NCBI GenBank assembly: GCA_018714385.1
Contig: DVNL01000008.1
Coordinates: 20,730 to 84,729 of the forward strand
DNA from: Candidatus Enterosoma merdigallinarum
GTDB lineage: Bacteria; Bacillota_I; Bacilli_A; RFN20; CAG-288
Length of the DNA stretch: 64,000 nucleotides
Reading direction: 5' to 3'
The notes beneath the pieces are model-generated. The model searched no databases. It was not told where the DNA came from and worked only from the letters and a program-made list of their open reading frames with translations. This document shows, piece after piece, positions 60,178 to 64,000 of the stretch; the stretch's first letter is position 1; each line of letters begins with the position of its first letter. A program made the position numbers and the translations under genes.

Positions 60178-60842
60178 GGATCGACAAGATTTTGCGCATC
60201 GCCCTTCCCCTTCTTGCCGGGACGGCCCTGATCGGGACGGGGTATTCTATATTCTCCTTCGCCAACCTCAGCACGTCGGCGACTTTCGATACGAACGGTC
60301 CTGCTGTTTCCGTTTCCGGAAAGGCGGATGTCGGGACATTGGAAGTGAAGCCTGTCCAGCAGAATGTCAATATTAGTTCTAGCGGAGTCACCGTCACCTA
60401 TTCTGAATTCACGATGGCCAAGTATTTGATCATCATGCAGAACCGCGTTTATTTGAATTTCTCCCATTTTGAACTGACGTATACGCCTCCTGCCACCAGT
60501 TGGGAGGATGGAATAACGATTCCTGTCGTCATCACGGCCAAGATGGTTTTGAGCGGCAAACTGCCCGAATACTTCCATTCCAACGCCTGGACAAAGGACC
60601 AGGCCAATTCGGGAACCTATCTTTTCACAGTTGGAACGTATGATGTCAAGGAAGGTGAGCCGACTGTCGTTCATCAGATTTCTCCGACCCTTGAATACAA
60701 CGAAGGAAAAGATCCTCAGGAGATGGCGGACGTCCTCAGAATCCAAAATGATATTATTGCCGATACCAATAGCGTCGTGTCCTTCACCTTCACGGCAAGT
60801 CTGAGAAGCGATCTGCCGATTGAAGAGACGCCCGGTGCCTAG
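60174..60842 (+). CDS. secreted protein with SipW-cognate-type signal peptide (member D)
   Basis: ATGA overlap with the previous gene. N-terminus MRIDKILRIALPLLAGTALIGTGYSIFSF. Confidence 0.6.
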   Translation: MRIDKILRIALPLLAGTALIGTGYSIFSFANLSTSATFDTNGPAVSVSGKADVGTLEVKPVQQNVNISSSGVTVTYSEFTMAKYLIIMQNRVYLNFSHFELTYTPPATSWEDGITIPVVITAKMVLSGKLPEYFHSNAWTKDQANSGTYLFTVGTYDVKEGEPTVVHQISPTLEYNEGKDPQEMADVLRIQNDIIADTNSVVSFTFTASLRSDLPIEETPGA

Positions 60843-60859
60843 GAAAGGAGGATGAAGAA

Positions 60860-63139
60860 ATGCGCAAGAACAGATTCTGGTTGTCATTGAGCTTTGCCTT
60901 CGTTCTTCTCCTGACTCTCGTGGGAACGGGCTTCGGTCTCTTTTATGTCGGCGATACGGATCCTGTCTCGGTCGACAATATCGGAACGCGGGTTGACGAT
61001 ATAGAAGAGAACTATATTCTCAAGGATGCCGGTGTCGGACAGGAGAGCTATTACGACGTCTATTTCTTCTGCACGCCATATGCGGCCCAAGTGGACCCTA
61101 GCCGTTTGATTGAGTTGGCGCCTGGCACTGGTGGCAATGGATACGATAGTGCCGTGCGGTTTTACTGGTGGGATGGAGGGACGGCAGCACAGGAGTCGCA
61201 GCCATCAAAGTCAAATTATGGACAAAATGGATGGAGAAAAATACGAGTTTATCGTTCTATTTCTGCTGAACAGTTCAACAATATCGGAACTCCGGTTGCA
61301 GGAAAGGGAAATATGTCAGCGGAGAGCGGTGGCGCCACCCCCTATTGGGACTGTGACACTCAAAACGGGCAGGATAAATATTGGCCGTTGGATTTTTCTG
61401 GATGGACTGCCAATAGGCAAGCGGCAAGCAACACTATCAATTTCAATTCTGGAGCCTATAATCAAGGAAATTTTGATTATGTCGATGCTTTTTCTCCATT
61501 ATCGCAAATTGATTCTGGGAATGAAGACGGCTCAACGGCCGAAAACAACGTCATCTATTTGTATCCTATTTTTACCACCGGAAAGGATTACAGCCGCAGT
61601 GCAGATTTGGATAATACGCTTCATCAGCAACCCGCTATGCGTTTGTCTTTTTCGTATTCAAATGGCTATGAGGGCAAAGGACATTATTTTTTCTCTCAAG
61701 ATGGCGAAGATAATTCGGCAATGTATACTTACAAAAACTTGATTGTTGGCAAAGATGATCTTGGAAAGTATAGTTTTGAAGTCACACCAATGTCGTGGTC
61801 TTCTCAGTACGAACTTGGTTGGAGGGGTTGGGAAAAAACGGACACAGTATCTATGAGTGGAGCATGGGCTTCCACTGGAAATTATCAACTGGTTGATATG
61901 CCAGGAACATATAACATTTCTGTTCGGCTTTATAATCAAGCATATAATAGAAAAAATGAGGATTTGGATAGTTTTGCCTCCACTTCTTATAAGAATGCTT
62001 CTGAAAGCCCGGAGAGTGGTGTCGTTGTTAAAAAGTATGTTTTAACTAATATCGATCTCAGCGCAAGCACAAAGTCGGCGATTGAATCTGATGGATGTGA
62101 CATTATTGAAAATGGTGGAGATACTTCTGAAGCCCCCACACCATGGGAAGATGCCACCCTTAGTTTTGGTTTACCTTCAAACCATAGTGGCTATAGTGGC
62201 TTCCTTTGCTACATTCAGGTCGAACGTGTCTATGAGTTCCATCTATTAGGTGGACCTTATGGGACATTCAACTATGATGAGACTCAGTATTTCTATGAGG
62301 GCGAAATCGGTGTTACGGATACGGATGCGAAGACTAGGACGTTTGGCTTGAACAACGTGTATTTTGATGCTTCCGAAAGAACGTTCACGGATACCTATGT
62401 CGGTGTCGGAGACGAAAACCGGATCGGCATTTTCAGAAACAACGTCTTTACTATCGACTTCATGAACACGGTATGGGCGAATAATATACAGGCCTTCACC
62501 GCTGACGAGTTGGCGGCGATAAATTCGTATGCAACTAATACATATCATGAAGAAAAACCAAATTATGTCTCTATCGATGAAAACGGCATTCTTCAAAAGG
62601 CGGTCGCCAAGATAAATTCCACTGATACGGACTATGACTATGAACTTTCGAACGTCAGTAATCCCGAGGCCGTTCGAACGCTTTTGAAAATAACGGAAAC
62701 AGGTTTCTACAATTTCCGAATCCAGGTCAAGTTTAAGAGTACTGCCAGCACAACCGATCTTGAAAGCTATGTGGAATCCATCAAGATTGCTGTCTCCCCA
62801 GTCAAGAGCGATTACTTTGTGAAAATCTATCGGAACGATAGTTTCGACAGACTTTATTCCGATGCTAGCGGAAAGAATGGGTTCATCGATCATAATGATC
62901 ATAATGGGACATTGTCAGGTAGGAACGAACTTCTTTATGTCGCCAATTTCAATGAATTCGGATCTCCCTTGTCTGAAATGCGCTTCCGCTCTCCGGGCAA
63001 TGCGGACAACCCGGACGCCTGGGTTCCATATGAGGAAATTCTGAGAACTTATCCTACCATTCGTGATCACGTCACCAAAAATGCCGTCGATCCCAACATG
63101 ATCCTCGAAAAGAATTACGTGTTTTACGTTTCGAATTAA
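60860..63139 (+). CDS. large (759 aa) secreted protein with SipW-cognate-type signal peptide (member E)
   Basis: GAAAGGAGG SD. N-terminus MRKNRFWLSLSFAFVLLLTLVGTGFGLFYV. Long Asn/Tyr/Thr/Gly-rich, beta-rich-looking body. Confidence 0.6.
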   Translation: MRKNRFWLSLSFAFVLLLTLVGTGFGLFYVGDTDPVSVDNIGTRVDDIEENYILKDAGVGQESYYDVYFFCTPYAAQVDPSRLIELAPGTGGNGYDSAVRFYWWDGGTAAQESQPSKSNYGQNGWRKIRVYRSISAEQFNNIGTPVAGKGNMSAESGGATPYWDCDTQNGQDKYWPLDFSGWTANRQAASNTINFNSGAYNQGNFDYVDAFSPLSQIDSGNEDGSTAENNVIYLYPIFTTGKDYSRSADLDNTLHQQPAMRLSFSYSNGYEGKGHYFFSQDGEDNSAMYTYKNLIVGKDDLGKYSFEVTPMSWSSQYELGWRGWEKTDTVSMSGAWASTGNYQLVDMPGTYNISVRLYNQAYNRKNEDLDSFASTSYKNASESPESGVVVKKYVLTNIDLSASTKSAIESDGCDIIENGGDTSEAPTPWEDATLSFGLPSNHSGYSGFLCYIQVERVYEFHLLGGPYGTFNYDETQYFYEGEIGVTDTDAKTRTFGLNNVYFDASERTFTDTYVGVGDENRIGIFRNNVFTIDFMNTVWANNIQAFTADELAAINSYATNTYHEEKPNYVSIDENGILQKAVAKINSTDTDYDYELSNVSNPEAVRTLLKITETGFYNFRIQVKFKSTASTTDLESYVESIKIAVSPVKSDYFVKIYRNDSFDRLYSDASGKNGFIDHNDHNGTLSGRNELLYVANFNEFGSPLSEMRFRSPGNADNPDAWVPYEEILRTYPTIRDHVTKNAVDPNMILEKNYVFYVSN

Positions 63140-63150
63140 GACATTCTTGA

Positions 63151-63648
63151 ATGGAAGAAGAGAAGAATCTCGACTTTCTTATCGGTTTGTCCAGAGAGGA
63201 ATACGAGGCCGAGTTTGCGCGTTCGGATCGTCTTCAGGAAAAGAACGGCATCTTCCTCTCCTTGATGGGGACCTTGCTTTCCATCGTCCTTGTTTCTTTT
63301 CCCTATTCTGAGTTTTCAAAGACCATGGGCAATTGGTATGCCATCGCCCTCCTGATTGTCTTCCTGCTTTCCGTTGTCTGCTTTTTCATCGGTCTTCTTT
63401 TTCTCTGTTCCGCCGTTTTTTTGACTCAGACGAAACGCCTGAACCACAATGTCTTCTCAGAAAAATATGTCGTGAGGGACACGATTTCGGTCAAAAAGAA
63501 GATTCTTTCGGATATGCAGGATATCGTTCGCTTCAACAAAGAAAAGAATGACAAGATCGCAAAACGTTTTTCTCTCGGCATCCGTTTTTCGATTCCGTCT
63601 ATGATTGCCGTCTTGATTCTGTTTATTGTCATTTCTTTTGTTATTTGA
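63151..63648 (+). CDS. membrane protein, unknown function
   Basis: 165 aa with two to three TM segments, directly after the cluster. Confidence 0.45.
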   Translation: MEEEKNLDFLIGLSREEYEAEFARSDRLQEKNGIFLSLMGTLLSIVLVSFPYSEFSKTMGNWYAIALLIVFLLSVVCFFIGLLFLCSAVFLTQTKRLNHNVFSEKYVVRDTISVKKKILSDMQDIVRFNKEKNDKIAKRFSLGIRFSIPSMIAVLILFIVISFVI

Positions 63649-63676
63649 TACAAGCTTTTTAAAGGAGAAAAGGAAA

Positions 63677-63805
63677 ATGAATTGGTTTATGTCGGAAGAA
63701 TTGAATTTTGATGGTTTTGACCCTGAGCCGGAAGATTCTCCGATCGTGGTTTTAGACAAGAAAAAAGAGGAAGAGAAAGGGGAGGAAGAAAAGAAGGCGG
63801 CCTGA
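63677..63805 (+). CDS. small acidic protein (42 aa), hypothetical
   Basis: AAAGGAGAAAAGG SD 6 nt from the ATG. Product MNWFMSEELNFDGFDPEPEDSPIVVLDKKKEEEKGEEEKKAA. Confidence 0.3.
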   Translation: MNWFMSEELNFDGFDPEPEDSPIVVLDKKKEEEKGEEEKKAA

Positions 63806-63875
63806 CAAACTTTCATGTCTCGCCTATTTCCGATAGTCGATGTGATAAAATAATTGAGTTATTGGAGGTTTAACA

Positions 63876-64000
63876 TGACCAAGTTAGTTCTTATCCGTCA
63901 TGGCGAGAGCGAGTGGAACAAGCTCAACCTGTTCACCGGCTGGACGGATGTCGACCTTTCCGAGAAGGGACACGAGGAAGCGACCAATGCCGGAAAGCTC
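63876..64000 (+). CDS. gpmA: 2,3-bisphosphoglycerate-dependent phosphoglycerate mutase (N-terminal fragment; continues beyond window)
   Basis: [20 protein letters not shown] catalytic His motif. Confidence 0.8.

Overview
This window reads as a chromosomal segment from an anaerobic Gram-positive (Bacillota-like) bacterium. The evidence for that is a rubredoxin gene, a class-II archaeal-type ProRS, a LytTR/AgrC-like two-component pair, a SipW-type signal peptidase, lipoboxes and about 57% GC with GC-rich third codon positions. No database or tool was available, so every call rests on sequence features I could read directly.

Housekeeping content:
- Start of a pyr operon on the minus strand (pyrB-pyrC-carA).
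- Scattered single genes: cca, a deoxynucleoside kinase, rarA, punA, dtd, mnmA, rpsU (missed by the ORF track), tkt, trmL, an M24 aminopeptidase, proS, an ACP, and tRNA-Asn plus tRNA-Glu.
- A Pit/PhoU-like pair, and the start of gpmA at the window edge.

Accessory content:
- An orphan LytTR response regulator with an AgrC-like histidine kinase and no visible peptide genes.
- Two paralogous cassettes, each a roughly 1000-aa GH3-like hydrolase followed by a small membrane protein. The first is followed by a GT2 synthase and an alpha/beta hydrolase. The second sits inside a rhamnose locus (rhaB, rhaA, rhaD, a GH78 rhamnosidase, a DeoR regulator and a GPH symporter with an odd charged tail).
- A lipoprotein gene translationally coupled to a MacB-type ABC fusion.
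- A preQ1-I-like riboswitch in front of queT.
- A low-GC island next to the two tRNAs, carrying a decayed large serine recombinase, three small lipoprotein genes and a GNAT gene.

The most interesting candidate, at 56.5-63.8 kb, is a plus-strand operon with a strong promoter and operator palindrome. It encodes a SipW-type (S26B) signal peptidase embedded among five secreted proteins, of 218 to 759 aa, that share a conserved N-terminal 'IGTGFSTWYF'-type motif resembling SipW-cognate signal peptides of TasA and camelysin. This looks like an uncharacterised SipW-dependent surface or extracellular fibre (pilus-like) assembly system. Long antisense ORFs throughout the GC-rich genes were rejected as shadow ORFs.
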